From: a virus
Lineage: Duplodnaviria; Heunggongvirae; Uroviricota; Caudoviricetes
Reading direction: 5' to 3' (one strand)
DNA length: 36,195 bases
IMG/VR virus record: IMGVR_UViG_3300029686_000222
Coordinates: 1 to 36,195 of that record
Shown here: one piece after another, positions 8,394 through 17,255 of the stretch
Layout: every line of letters begins with the position of its first letter
Position numbering within the stretch: position 1 is the first letter of the stretch
Translations under genes and position numbers: made by a program
Notes under the pieces: generated by a model
The model's database searches: none
Told to the model about the DNA's origin: nothing
What the model saw: the letters and a program-made list of their open reading frames with translations, nothing else

Positions 8394-10097
8394 TTATACA
8401 CTCGCTACGTTATACCAGGTGCCATTAATCAGTTTCTGAAGAGGGCGGTAATACACGCCGCTGATGTTATCTGCCGAGTTGCTTCCGGTTTCCTGCACGT
8501 TAATACCGGATAATCCGTGGCCTGAAGGTGAGCGAAATGTCCAGGATATCTGGTTACCTCCTGGGTTATAAAACATTTCGGAGCCATAGCGGATATCCTG
8601 CACTCCTGTTCTGCCCAGGTAACCGGCTAATGAACCGCCCCAGATACTTCCATGCACATCGCCATTTGATGCGAGGCGGGCAGAGCCACTTCCTGACTGC
8701 ACTTCACCGGATGCAACACAGTTACCATTTACGCCATTTCCCAGAGATACTTTGCCGGTGGATAAGTCGATCGTAAACGGTCTCAATCCGTTAAACCCCC
8801 CGTATGGGGTGCCCCTGTCGGTCATCATCAGATACAGGTAAGTGCCGTTCTGGTGCCAGAATGATCCGATATTTCCGTATACCATTCTGTAGCTGTTTGG
8901 AGATGCTGTTTGTATCTCTCCTGCGCTTTTTACCATGCCAGTTGTCTGTAGTTGTGGGAGTGTCAGGGGGCCTGTCATTGTGTCGCCACTGCGCTGAACT
9001 GCACCGTCAGCTTTATCGACAGTGGGTTTTAATCCGACATTTTCGATAAACAGTGGTTTGTTGGGGATGTCGCTACCGTTGCGATTTTTAGCAAGACGAT
9101 CATTAGCGTTATTCATTGCGATTTTTACCGCTTTTGACGTGGCGGCGCGGTCTTCTGCGTCGCTGTCGGTGGCGTTGCTGTACTGCGCAAAGCCTTTCTC
9201 ATTCAGTGTTGCGTCCGGGTGTCTGCGGGATTTCTCGTGCTCTGCCAGTGCATTGCTTTGTTCCTCGTCGGGTGTCTCCGGGCGCAGGTCCTGCGGGCCG
9301 TCTGCTGTCATTTTTGCAAGTGGCGCGACAAAGTGTCGGAAGCCGTTACCGTCTGTATAGGACGCATGTTCCTTGCTGGCGCAGAACGTAAAAACGGTAT
9401 TCCATTCGCCGGTAACAAATCCCTGCCAGCTTGCATCAATCCAGAGGGTATCCCCGACCGCAGCCGGCAGGCTGTAAGGTTCGCGCAGACTGACGCGCAG
9501 GCCTCCCACATAACCCACGCCGGCGGCAACAGTGGCGGTACCGTCCTGATAGCTGACCTGAAAACCGTCCCCCAGAAAGGCAGCTTCACCGTAGTGATCA
9601 AATGCCAACAGGCGACGTGATTCATCCATTCCCGCGAGTCGGGCAGTAAAATCAATCTGCCAGACATCAGCACTGACATCGATATGCATTGCCGCAGCCG
9701 CACCGTCAAACTCCATGGCAAAGGTGCGAATAAGGTTATTTCCCTGCACGCCGTTTGCTGTTTTAATTTTTTGCTGGCGCGGTGTGTGTGCAATCATGCA
9801 GAGCACGCCGCTTTCTTCGTTCATGAGGCCAATCCAGTTATATTCGAAGTCACCGATAGTGGTGTCCAGAATAATGGAAAATGCGGCAGCATTCGGGGAC
9901 AGCAGTCCATACTGAGTGACCGGCGCGCGGTACTGAATCATGGATTCATCGGGCAAAGCCTCGTCACGGGGAATTTCGGCAGACTCATCCTGTCCCGGGA
10001 TATACGCAAAAACAAACATGTCCGGGCGTGCGGGTTTATCGCTGATAATCTGATCTGCGCACCAGTTTTCATATTGTTCAGTAATAATTGTGCTCAT
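8394..10097 (-). CDS. Tail fiber protein (P2 gpH-like C-terminal region), 567 aa
   Basis: EHEKSRRHPDATLNEKGFAQYSNATDSDAEDRAATSKAVK matches the conserved P2 H / Mu S block (EHEQSRRHPDA..KGFTQLSSATNSTSE..AATPKAVK); C-terminal KLINGTWYNVASV matches the P2 H terminus (KYINGTWYNVAQV). Confidence 0.85.
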   Translation of the reverse strand: MSTIITEQYENWCADQIISDKPARPDMFVFAYIPGQDESAEIPRDEALPDESMIQYRAPVTQYGLLSPNAAAFSIILDTTIGDFEYNWIGLMNEESGVLCMIAHTPRQQKIKTANGVQGNNLIRTFAMEFDGAAAAMHIDVSADVWQIDFTARLAGMDESRRLLAFDHYGEAAFLGDGFQVSYQDGTATVAAGVGYVGGLRVSLREPYSLPAAVGDTLWIDASWQGFVTGEWNTVFTFCASKEHASYTDGNGFRHFVAPLAKMTADGPQDLRPETPDEEQSNALAEHEKSRRHPDATLNEKGFAQYSNATDSDAEDRAATSKAVKIAMNNANDRLAKNRNGSDIPNKPLFIENVGLKPTVDKADGAVQRSGDTMTGPLTLPQLQTTGMVKSAGEIQTASPNSYRMVYGNIGSFWHQNGTYLYLMMTDRGTPYGGFNGLRPFTIDLSTGKVSLGNGVNGNCVASGEVQSGSGSARLASNGDVHGSIWGGSLAGYLGRTGVQDIRYGSEMFYNPGGNQISWTFRSPSGHGLSGINVQETGSNSADNISGVYYRPLQKLINGTWYNVASV

Positions 10098-10729
10098 GCG
10101 TTACCTGCCTGTAATGTGTAATGCTCCACGGATAATCCGTAATGCCCTGCCTGTAATGATGCGTTTAATCTGATTGTGCCTGGACGTATCGTCGCTTTTG
10201 CCACGTAATACCGGTAATCACCGCTAAATGTGCCGGCTGTCAGGTGAGCGGTGGTTGTATTAATCACCTGAAAGAAATAGCGCCTGCAGGTACGGCCATA
10301 CTGGCGCACGAGCTGCATCATCAGGGCGTTGTTTTCGCTTAACTGGGTGTCATTGATACGCAGTAAAATAACGTCCCAGTCATGCTGCAGCTGTCGTTCC
10401 AGGGTTTTTACCTCTCCCACCCCAAGACGCTTAAAGATGCGTTCGAAGCCTGCGCGTTCGCCCGAGTCCTGAGCGTTGATAAACGCGTGTTTTACCCTTA
10501 AGCGAAATAATGAAACTGGCTCCCCACTGAAGCGGGTGATGTTGCGCTGATAGGCCAGCAGGTTAAGCAGAGGCTCTGCGCAGGTATCAACATCAATTTG
10601 CTGTAGTGGCCATGTCAGCCAGCTGTAGACCTTCTCCCAGTAACGACGTGAAGAATGTGCCAGTGTTAATGGCTCTCCCTTGTTCATCCAGGTTGGGAGA
10701 GGGAATTCGGGCATCTCCGGAATATTCAT
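10094..10729 (-). CDS. Baseplate/tail protein gpI-like (212 aa)
   Basis: Position between gpJ-like and gpH-like genes; ATGA overlaps at both ends. Start taken at the internal ATG (MNIPEMPEF...) that overlaps the J stop. Confidence 0.65.
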   Translation of the reverse strand: MNIPEMPEFPLPTWMNKGEPLTLAHSSRRYWEKVYSWLTWPLQQIDVDTCAEPLLNLLAYQRNITRFSGEPVSLFRLRVKHAFINAQDSGERAGFERIFKRLGVGEVKTLERQLQHDWDVILLRINDTQLSENNALMMQLVRQYGRTCRRYFFQVINTTTAHLTAGTFSGDYRYYVAKATIRPGTIRLNASLQAGHYGLSVEHYTLQAGNA

Positions 10730-11910
10730 GACCCCACCTCCACGATAAGGGATTCCAGGCGAGGCACAGCCAGGTCGCTGAGAATATCCGGAAGGGAAAA
10801 CGTGACCGATTCCACCTGCGGAAATACCTGGTGGATCTCTTCGCCCAGTCGGGACATGCTGAAACGGCTGTACGGCCATGTTTTCTGAACGTCATAATCG
10901 CTGTTTTCGCGAAACGCACAGCGGACCAGATTCTCTACGTTGCGTAATAAAGCCTGTATCTCTTCAGCGTTGAGGTTCAGTGTTGCATACAGCCAGAGTG
11001 TCACGGTCAGGGCATGGCGCGTTTCAGGCATGGAAAAACAGCGCAAATCATCGCCGTGTCCGTGATGACCTTCATCGTTAATAAATGCGTTTACTGCATC
11101 AACGAACGGTCCGGATGCGATGCCGGTATCCAGCAGAATGTAAGCGTTTGCTGTGCCGGGGCCGCGTGGTGCGTCATGCAAAAAATAGATGCGGTCGGCA
11201 CTGATGCCGGCAACACCGGCAATTAATCCCCGGTAAACAGCGTCGGTGTGATAAGCACCGGCAAGATTAAACTGATTGCGAACGCGATCACGCAGTTCGT
11301 CGTCGCTTTCTTCGTTGGCCCCCGGCGTGGTCAGCCAGTTTTCGTCGTTCTCAACGCCGGCGATACCATTAATCGCCACCGGAAGAATGCGGTAATACCC
11401 CGGCGCGAGGTTAAACCCGGCTCCGGCCTGTTCAGCAGAAACATCGATGTTCATGCTGAGTGTTCCTGCCGGAATAATGGTATCCCTGACAACGGTCAGC
11501 GTATAAATCACGCCGTTAATGCGTTCTGTCTGAATCTGCGTACCAGCCGGTACGGTGACCGCGTGATCAATGTCGTCTTTTGTGAAACGAATCACGCCAG
11601 CTGCGTGCGTGGCAGCCTTGCGCTGCAGGTTTACCGCCCATGCGAAAACATCCACAAATACACCGCTGGCACTTACCAGAAACAGGTTTTTCATTACCAC
11701 ATTAACCAGTGCATCTTTCAGCCACATCACGGGCTTTGTGGTAATGGCTGTAATCAACCGCCAGAACGGCGACATGCGGGATGTGTTAGTGATAAGCCCT
11801 TCGTCTTTAACGATGGCCTCAAATTCAGTGCGCGCCTGTTCTTCGGTTACCGGCATGCCGTTATCAGCCAGAATGCGCTCGTAATCTGCGGTTGGTTTGC
11901 CGTTAATCAT
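10726..11910 (-). CDS. Baseplate J-like protein (P2 gpJ / Mu gp47 family)
   Basis: 394-aa ORF with baseplate-J family character; directly upstream of the gpI-like and fiber genes. Confidence 0.75.
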   Translation of the reverse strand: MINGKPTADYERILADNGMPVTEEQARTEFEAIVKDEGLITNTSRMSPFWRLITAITTKPVMWLKDALVNVVMKNLFLVSASGVFVDVFAWAVNLQRKAATHAAGVIRFTKDDIDHAVTVPAGTQIQTERINGVIYTLTVVRDTIIPAGTLSMNIDVSAEQAGAGFNLAPGYYRILPVAINGIAGVENDENWLTTPGANEESDDELRDRVRNQFNLAGAYHTDAVYRGLIAGVAGISADRIYFLHDAPRGPGTANAYILLDTGIASGPFVDAVNAFINDEGHHGHGDDLRCFSMPETRHALTVTLWLYATLNLNAEEIQALLRNVENLVRCAFRENSDYDVQKTWPYSRFSMSRLGEEIHQVFPQVESVTFSLPDILSDLAVPRLESLIVEVGS

Positions 11911-12253
11911 CAAGAGATACCGTAAAAGTCAGGGGATCAAAAAAATCTTCGGTGTGGGCGCTAATCAGCAGGCGGCCGGAAAGCGGGGTTTCCTCTGTCA
12001 CACTGACCGTGCCGGGTGTGATGCGCTTATCATCTTCAATCAGCAGTGTCATCTGCATCATAATGTCGGCGCGAAGCGTCGGGCTTTTTTCAGCCAGCAG
12101 GCGCGTTGCCAGTCCGCTTTCAATGATGGCGTGCTGGCAGTCCTGGGCAATGCTTTCCCTGTTGTTGCACAGCACCGGTTCGGCGGCGCTGTTCAGCGTG
12201 AAATTGCGACCGGTGATAAGCAAATCAATGTAAAGCGGTTTATCAGTATGCAT
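11903..12253 (-). CDS. Small baseplate protein, gpW/gp25-like (116 aa)
   Basis: Size and position (after the tape measure, before J) match gpW/gp25-type wedge proteins. Start taken at the ATG giving MHTDKPLYIDLL...; overlaps the tape-measure stop. Confidence 0.45.
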   Translation of the reverse strand: MHTDKPLYIDLLITGRNFTLNSAAEPVLCNNRESIAQDCQHAIIESGLATRLLAEKSPTLRADIMMQMTLLIEDDKRITPGTVSVTEETPLSGRLLISAHTEDFFDPLTFTVSLDD

Positions 12254-14339
12254 GCAGCTCCATCCATTCATTAAGGTGGGCCGGGGATGCATCCTGCACA
12301 TTGACATTGACCACGCGACGGGAGTTATCAATTGTGGTCTGGCTGTCGCTGTTATTTTGCATTTTTGCCGCAATGCCACCTGGCCCGGCGCTAATAACTT
12401 TTCCACCGGTTAATACAGAACCCTCACTGTTATCTGTAATTTCTGGTACATCAATATTTATACCCGGGAGCATATTCAGCTTGTCAGCAATCCATCTGAA
12501 TGCTGAGCTGAACATACCGATAATTGTGCGCCATAGTCCTGAAAATAATTTATTAATCAGACGAACATAATCCTGAAATATTTCCAGCGGTGAGCGGGTG
12601 GAAAAATAATTAATAACGGCATCCCAGCCGCTTTTAATGCCTTTCCAGGTATTGCCGAACCATACAGCTATATTTTTTATGACACTGGTTACCCACTGAA
12701 AAGCGGCTGTATCCATCAGTGCCGCTTTGATCTCATCCCAGCGGGTAATCAGAAAATAAATGCCCACGCCCAGCGCAGCCAGTGCCAGGATGATTAACGT
12801 TATCGGGCTGAAAAGTAGCTGAGTGGCAACGGCTGCGCCACCGGTAACAGCGGTATAAATTTTCATGGCCACAGCTGCAGCGCCCAGTGCGGCAGAATAA
12901 AGCCACATACCGATGCGTTGCAGTTTCAGCAGTGCAATCTGAATTTTGGCCCTGACATTGTGCGCCCCCATGGCGATACTCATCGCCAGATATAATGCCC
13001 TGACCATGCGGGCAGTAGCACAGAACGCCAGCATAACCACTTTCAGGGCACGATACAGAAAGATGATTAATTTCAGTGGTGCGATTGCGGCCATCCAGAC
13101 CATGCGTAATCCCACCCAGATAAATTTCGCCACCCCCATTACGATATTGACCGTTGCGCCAACCGCCGCAACACCAATAAGTGCCGCGCTTAATAAGCCG
13201 ATTGCACGTGTGATGTTTGGATACAGACGCAACCAGGCAACAAAGGATTTACCGCCTTCGTTGCTTTTCTGGATGAATGGATACAGAACGGGTAACAGTT
13301 GTGTGCCAATTTCAATGCGAATGCCGTTAATAATCGCAGCGGCCTGTTCCCACGGATCGGCCATGGCTTGTGCCATTTCGACAGCCTTATCCATACCTTT
13401 GATATTGCCCAGCGTGGCGATGTTCTTTTCCAGTCCGCCAATGTCTGCATTGAGCAATTTAATCATGGCCACAGCCTCATCGGAGCCAAAAGCGCTTTTC
13501 AGCAAATCAGAGTCAGCCACTTTTGACAGATCACCAAATTTGCCCCTGATAAGTTTCATGATCTCGACAACACTTTTCATCGTGCCGTCTTTATTCACGA
13601 AATTAAGCCCCAGCTTTTTCTGTGCTTTACCAACGGATGCCAGGAAGGATTTATATTTTGTACCAGCCTCGCTGCCACTCATGGTTGCCTGCAGTTGCCC
13701 CAGTACGGCGAACTGCTCGGCCGCATCAATACCGGCTGCTTTTGCGCTGGCACCCAGTGTGGTGAATGCCGCTGACATGTTATCGCCGGTTGTTTTAAAC
13801 ATTTGCACGGCAGTGGCGGTTTGTCCGGCGATCTGCTCCACCCATTTACTTTTTCCCATGGCATCAGCCTGGTCTTTAAAGATGCCGTACATGGTGCCCA
13901 TGTAGGCGGTAATGGTCTGGCTGCTGGATTTGGTTGCTGCTGCCACTGTTGCTGATGCGGTGGTGAAGCGGGACAGCTCATCGTCAGTTAACCCGGCAAT
14001 GGCTGACTGGATGTCGTAAGAAGCACGCACAAAATCCTGCGCAGCTCCGCCGTATTCCATAGTGAAATCAACGGCGGCGCGGCTGAGTTTACGCAGTCCG
14101 GACTCTGCGACGCCCAGTGATTTCACCTCACCGAGCGCCCTGTCCATTTCAATGGCTGGCATCAGTGCGCCCTGAATGGCTGCACCCACTCCCCAGAGCG
14201 CAGCGCCTCCGGTAGCAATGTCCCGAAAAGCTCCCCGACTTGTTGCAGCAAATCCCTGAACCTGTCGCCCGGCTGCGCGTAACGGCCTTGTCAGGCGGTC
14301 TGTCAGTTCAAGAAGTAATTCAAGGCGCTGTTGTGACAT
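12243..14339 (-). CDS. Tail tape measure protein (698 aa)
   Basis: Long Ala/Gly-rich helical protein with hydrophobic central segments, directly downstream of the frameshifted chaperone pair. Confidence 0.85.
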   Translation of the reverse strand: MSQQRLELLLELTDRLTRPLRAAGRQVQGFAATSRGAFRDIATGGAALWGVGAAIQGALMPAIEMDRALGEVKSLGVAESGLRKLSRAAVDFTMEYGGAAQDFVRASYDIQSAIAGLTDDELSRFTTASATVAAATKSSSQTITAYMGTMYGIFKDQADAMGKSKWVEQIAGQTATAVQMFKTTGDNMSAAFTTLGASAKAAGIDAAEQFAVLGQLQATMSGSEAGTKYKSFLASVGKAQKKLGLNFVNKDGTMKSVVEIMKLIRGKFGDLSKVADSDLLKSAFGSDEAVAMIKLLNADIGGLEKNIATLGNIKGMDKAVEMAQAMADPWEQAAAIINGIRIEIGTQLLPVLYPFIQKSNEGGKSFVAWLRLYPNITRAIGLLSAALIGVAAVGATVNIVMGVAKFIWVGLRMVWMAAIAPLKLIIFLYRALKVVMLAFCATARMVRALYLAMSIAMGAHNVRAKIQIALLKLQRIGMWLYSAALGAAAVAMKIYTAVTGGAAVATQLLFSPITLIILALAALGVGIYFLITRWDEIKAALMDTAAFQWVTSVIKNIAVWFGNTWKGIKSGWDAVINYFSTRSPLEIFQDYVRLINKLFSGLWRTIIGMFSSAFRWIADKLNMLPGINIDVPEITDNSEGSVLTGGKVISAGPGGIAAKMQNNSDSQTTIDNSRRVVNVNVQDASPAHLNEWMELHAY

Positions 14340-14526
14340 TACGTTCCCTTAAAGGCGCGGATAATGCCGTTATTGACGGCGATACCCATATTTTCCCAGT
14401 AGTGGTTATCCAGCCAGACGGCAGCAGCCAGTGACTGTGGTGAATCACCTTCACCGGGCAGCCAGTGGCGGCGCAGGATCAGCATCCTGGTAAGGTCATT
14501 GCGATCAATGGCCCCCAGATGGCTTT

Positions 14527-14820
14527 TTATTTTTTTACGGTGATTTCCACTTCCGGCACAAACTCGTTATTCACGGCAGTTGCCAGACTGGCCGGCATTC
14601 CCGGTTTTTCCAGCAACTGGTTCAGCAGATCGCGGTGCTCTTTAATCACGATGCGGCGCAGGTAGTTTTTCAGCGGTGCAATTTTATTGTCCGGCATGAA
14701 GTCGTTCTGCAGGTCGTTGTAGTCTTTCACCGTCGGGATAAACGTCAGTTCATGCTCGCCGACCTGTAAAGTGATGGCGTTCTCTGCGGTGGTTTGGGTG
14801 TTTTTATCGTTCATCATCAT
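14527..14820 (-). CDS. Tail assembly chaperone (97 aa), upstream partner of the frameshift pair
   Basis: Small acidic protein immediately upstream of the tape measure gene, ending in a slippery A-run; AGGA RBS. Confidence 0.7.
   Translation of the reverse strand: MMMNDKNTQTTAENAITLQVGEHELTFIPTVKDYNDLQNDFMPDNKIAPLKNYLRRIVIKEHRDLLNQLLEKPGMPASLATAVNNEFVPEVEITVKK
14530..14536 (-). other. Candidate programmed -1 ribosomal frameshift site (A AAA AAA) giving a tail-chaperone fusion product
   Basis: Seven-A run at the last codons of the 97-aa chaperone ORF; the -1 frame is open from here for ~62 codons (IKSHLGAIDRNDLTRMLILRRHW...RAFKGT) and ends in TAATG overlapping the tape-measure start, as in lambda G/GT and P2 E/E'. 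Confidence 0.6.
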
Positions 14821-14829
14821 GTCCTGTTA

Positions 14830-14878
14830 ATGTCAAGAATAAGAGGGCTTAATAAGCCTGCAGGAAGGCTTATTAAGC
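14830..14878 (-). terminator. Strong hairpin between endolysin and tail chaperone (attenuator or partial terminator)
   Basis: Perfect 12-bp stem GCTTAATAAGCC / GGCTTATTAAGC with 8-nt loop, followed on the minus strand by CCTCTTATTCTT. Confidence 0.4.
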
Positions 14879-14884
14879 GTAAAA

Positions 14885-15226
14885 TCAGCGCACACCGTCG
14901 TGCTCAAGGCTGAAATGATTGCCATCCGGGCGGTTTTTAAAACGACCGCCCCATGTGCCGCCGAGGGATTCCCAGTACTCGCCCAGTTCGCGGTAAGCCT
15001 CTGTGCGGGTCTGGTATTCACCGTTAATAAACAGATTAAAATCCACCGCCAGTCGCTGGCAGTGCAGACTGTTGGTGATGCCTGATCCCTTTTGTGCGTT
15101 GAGTTTTGCCTGCTCTGGCGTGCGGTACGCCTCACCGAACGTCAGGCCATAACCGCGCTGATGGGCAAACTGGATGAGTTTTCCGATCATGACGGTAAAT
15201 TGTTGTTGCTTATCGGAGAGTTTCAT
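14885..15226 (-). CDS. Endolysin, peptidase M15 family (L-Ala-D-Glu peptidase type), 113 aa
   Basis: Motifs HCQRLAVD...GGRF...DGNHFS are typical of zinc-dependent M15 phage endolysins; AAGGAG RBS. Confidence 0.8.
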   Translation of the reverse strand: MKLSDKQQQFTVMIGKLIQFAHQRGYGLTFGEAYRTPEQAKLNAQKGSGITNSLHCQRLAVDFNLFINGEYQTRTEAYRELGEYWESLGGTWGGRFKNRPDGNHFSLEHDGVR

Positions 15227-15330
15227 TTTTGCTCCTTACGGGGTTGTTGAGGTTTACGCAACCAGCGCCACAACGCCCGGATAATTTTCCAGACAATGGC
15301 AGCGGCTTTCTGATCCCTGCGGGACTGCAT
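15223..15330 (-). CDS. Small cationic amphipathic peptide (35 aa): MQSRRDQKAAAIVWKIIRALWRWLRKPQQPRKEQK; candidate lysis accessory peptide
   Basis: Hand-translated; not in the ORF track. GAGGAG RBS 8 nt upstream; its TGA overlaps the endolysin ATG. Sits between holin and endolysin. Confidence 0.4.
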   Translation of the reverse strand: MQSRRDQKAAAIVWKIIRALWRWLRKPQQPRKEQK

Positions 15331-15335
15331 TGCGG

Positions 15336-15632
15336 TTACTCCTCTTTGTTCTCTTTTTCGTCCAGCTTCCGGCGCATGTGGCGCAGGAAGATTTCCACAA
15401 TCTGGTAACCGGCAACGCCCATTGCGGTACCTGCGCCGGCAATGGCCAGTGGGTCAAGGTTCGGGTAGCGAACCAGCAGGGCGGCGGCAGAAACACCCAG
15501 CGCGCTCCCCAGCAGGGTTCGGCCCACAAACAACCGCAACGTAATCGGTTCTGCGCCAGCCAGCACCCGACTTGCGGCAGCGATTCCGCCCAGAATGCCC
15601 AGGGTGATGATGGTGCGTTCATGCTCCTGCAT
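15336..15632 (-). CDS. Holin (98 aa, three predicted TM helices, charged C-terminus)
   Basis: Three hydrophobic segments (IITLGILGGIAAASRVLAG; LFVGRTLLGSALGVSAAALLV; LAIAGAGTAMGVAGYQIVEIF) and a KLDEKENKEE tail; adjacent to the endolysin. Confidence 0.7.
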   Translation of the reverse strand: MQEHERTIITLGILGGIAAASRVLAGAEPITLRLFVGRTLLGSALGVSAAALLVRYPNLDPLAIAGAGTAMGVAGYQIVEIFLRHMRRKLDEKENKEE

Positions 15633-15635
15633 GGT

Positions 15636-16091
15636 TTACCCCATCAGCCCGCGCACGTCGTTCTCTGAGAGAACGGGCACGCCGTTGATACGCACAAAGT
15701 CAGGGCTTGCCACCACGTACTTGATTTTGTGCGTGGTCAGATCCGCGCTCTCGGTGTCAATGCTTAACAGGTTCGAAAGCATCAGCTCGCAACCGAAGGC
15801 TTCAACGCGGATTTCTTCGGTGCCCGTGTTGGCGTAAAACACAAAATCCATTGGCGGCAGGTCACGCCACGATCCCGCCTGAGCCGCCACTTCCCCGAGC
15901 TGGTTAAAGCTGCGGGTACTCATTTCGATTTCACCTTCGGCACTGACAGGGCCGCGCAGTTTGCCGTCAGGGATGCCACGGGTTTTGGCCACGGCGCTTT
16001 CGTCGCTGATATCCAGCGAAATGTTTTTTACGCGGATATCCGTTCCGCCAACATAAACATCAAAGGCCATGCCGTTAATGCGGGTTGTCAT
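15636..16091 (-). CDS. Tail tube protein (151 aa)
   Basis: Size and position immediately downstream of the sheath gene; GGAGGAG RBS. Confidence 0.7.
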   Translation of the reverse strand: MTTRINGMAFDVYVGGTDIRVKNISLDISDESAVAKTRGIPDGKLRGPVSAEGEIEMSTRSFNQLGEVAAQAGSWRDLPPMDFVFYANTGTEEIRVEAFGCELMLSNLLSIDTESADLTTHKIKYVVASPDFVRINGVPVLSENDVRGLMG

Positions 16092-17236
16092 GCGTTCTCC
16101 TCCAGAGATTTGTCCAGCTGAATGCCCACTTTGATGGTTTTGGGGCAGGCGTAAGGGCGGACAACAATGCTGATGCTGACCGTCTTTTCGTCCTGCCAGG
16201 TGATGGCCACATCGCCTTTTTGTGGCGATTTCACTTCGCCCGGAAAGGTGACACCGTTAATCTGCGTGGATTTCGCCATGGTACGCAGCGGGCGGGCAAA
16301 CAGCGTTTCATGTGCGGCAATGCTGCCCGGTGTGCTGTTCAGTGAGCGATCGGCAATTTTGGGGATGGCCATCAGCCGTACGCGGCGCGCCACCTTATCA
16401 GCAATGCGGACATGTTCGATGACGTTGTAGTCCCCGCCTTCCACCTCAAGTGTCACGCCGTCGGCCCAGTAAAGGCCGTCATAGTCGGCATACCACATGG
16501 GCACGCTGTAGCGGGCGGTTGCCAGCGCCTGCAGGGTGGCGAGATCAATTGCCTGTCCCGCGCTGTCCTTCGGGCGCTCTGTGGTTTTCAGTGCGGACAG
16601 CGCCCCGGTTGCCACACGTGCCGGACTGTCAGCAATGGTGACGGCGCTGTTACACAGGCGACCAGCAAGAACGCCCGGTTCAAATCCAAAAATCTCCGGA
16701 ACCAGCATGACCTGCGGGGCTGCAATGCCTTTCTGTAGTGCGGTCAGTTCGGCAACGTATTCCGCCCAGGTTTTGCTGTGGTTGTTGGCGGCGATGGTCA
16801 GGATGAACCAGATGCGGCGCTGATATTTATTGATGATGGTCTGACGTAACGCCTGTATGGCGTTGATATCATCCTTCGTGCTGACCGGCTCGGTGATCAC
16901 CACGCCTTCAACTGAAACAGTTTCCTGAGCCGCCAGTACGGCGTTCTGCCATGCCTGGCAGGCTGGCGTCGCTTCTTTGCCCCTGCCTGCTTCCGGCAGA
17001 ACGGCAACATAGAAAAAGGCATTCTGTCCGGCATTGGTCAGTGCTGACTGAAGGAAATTCTTCAGCGGGCTGGCGTTCGTTCCCAGCAATTCATCCAGAT
17101 CACTGTTGGCATTGACCGGCAGAACCTTACCTTTGTTGTTTTGTGCATTGCCCACAAACAGCAGCGTATTTTCCACGCCGTCCGGCGAGCTACTGAACGT
17201 GTTGTACTGTTCAATCGTGACAGATGGCCAGGTCAT
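16088..17236 (-). CDS. Contractile tail sheath protein (~382 aa)
   Basis: Track ORF 16088-17368; start taken at the ATG with AGGAGA RBS (MTWPSVTIEQ...). Size and position upstream of the tube gene. Confidence 0.75.
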   Translation of the reverse strand: MTWPSVTIEQYNTFSSSPDGVENTLLFVGNAQNNKGKVLPVNANSDLDELLGTNASPLKNFLQSALTNAGQNAFFYVAVLPEAGRGKEATPACQAWQNAVLAAQETVSVEGVVITEPVSTKDDINAIQALRQTIINKYQRRIWFILTIAANNHSKTWAEYVAELTALQKGIAAPQVMLVPEIFGFEPGVLAGRLCNSAVTIADSPARVATGALSALKTTERPKDSAGQAIDLATLQALATARYSVPMWYADYDGLYWADGVTLEVEGGDYNVIEHVRIADKVARRVRLMAIPKIADRSLNSTPGSIAAHETLFARPLRTMAKSTQINGVTFPGEVKSPQKGDVAITWQDEKTVSISIVVRPYACPKTIKVGIQLDKSLEENA

Positions 17237-17255
17237 AATTTGTCTCCTGATTTTG

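Noticed and set aside
5306-10097. Mu/P1-style invertible tail-fiber segment
   Set aside because: Both fiber genes are on the same strand; no flanking inverted repeats and no invertase (Gin/Cin-like) gene nearby.
12946-13905. 319-aa plus-strand ORF
   Set aside because: Antisense inside the tape-measure gene; hydrophobic, low-complexity mirror translation; no start context.
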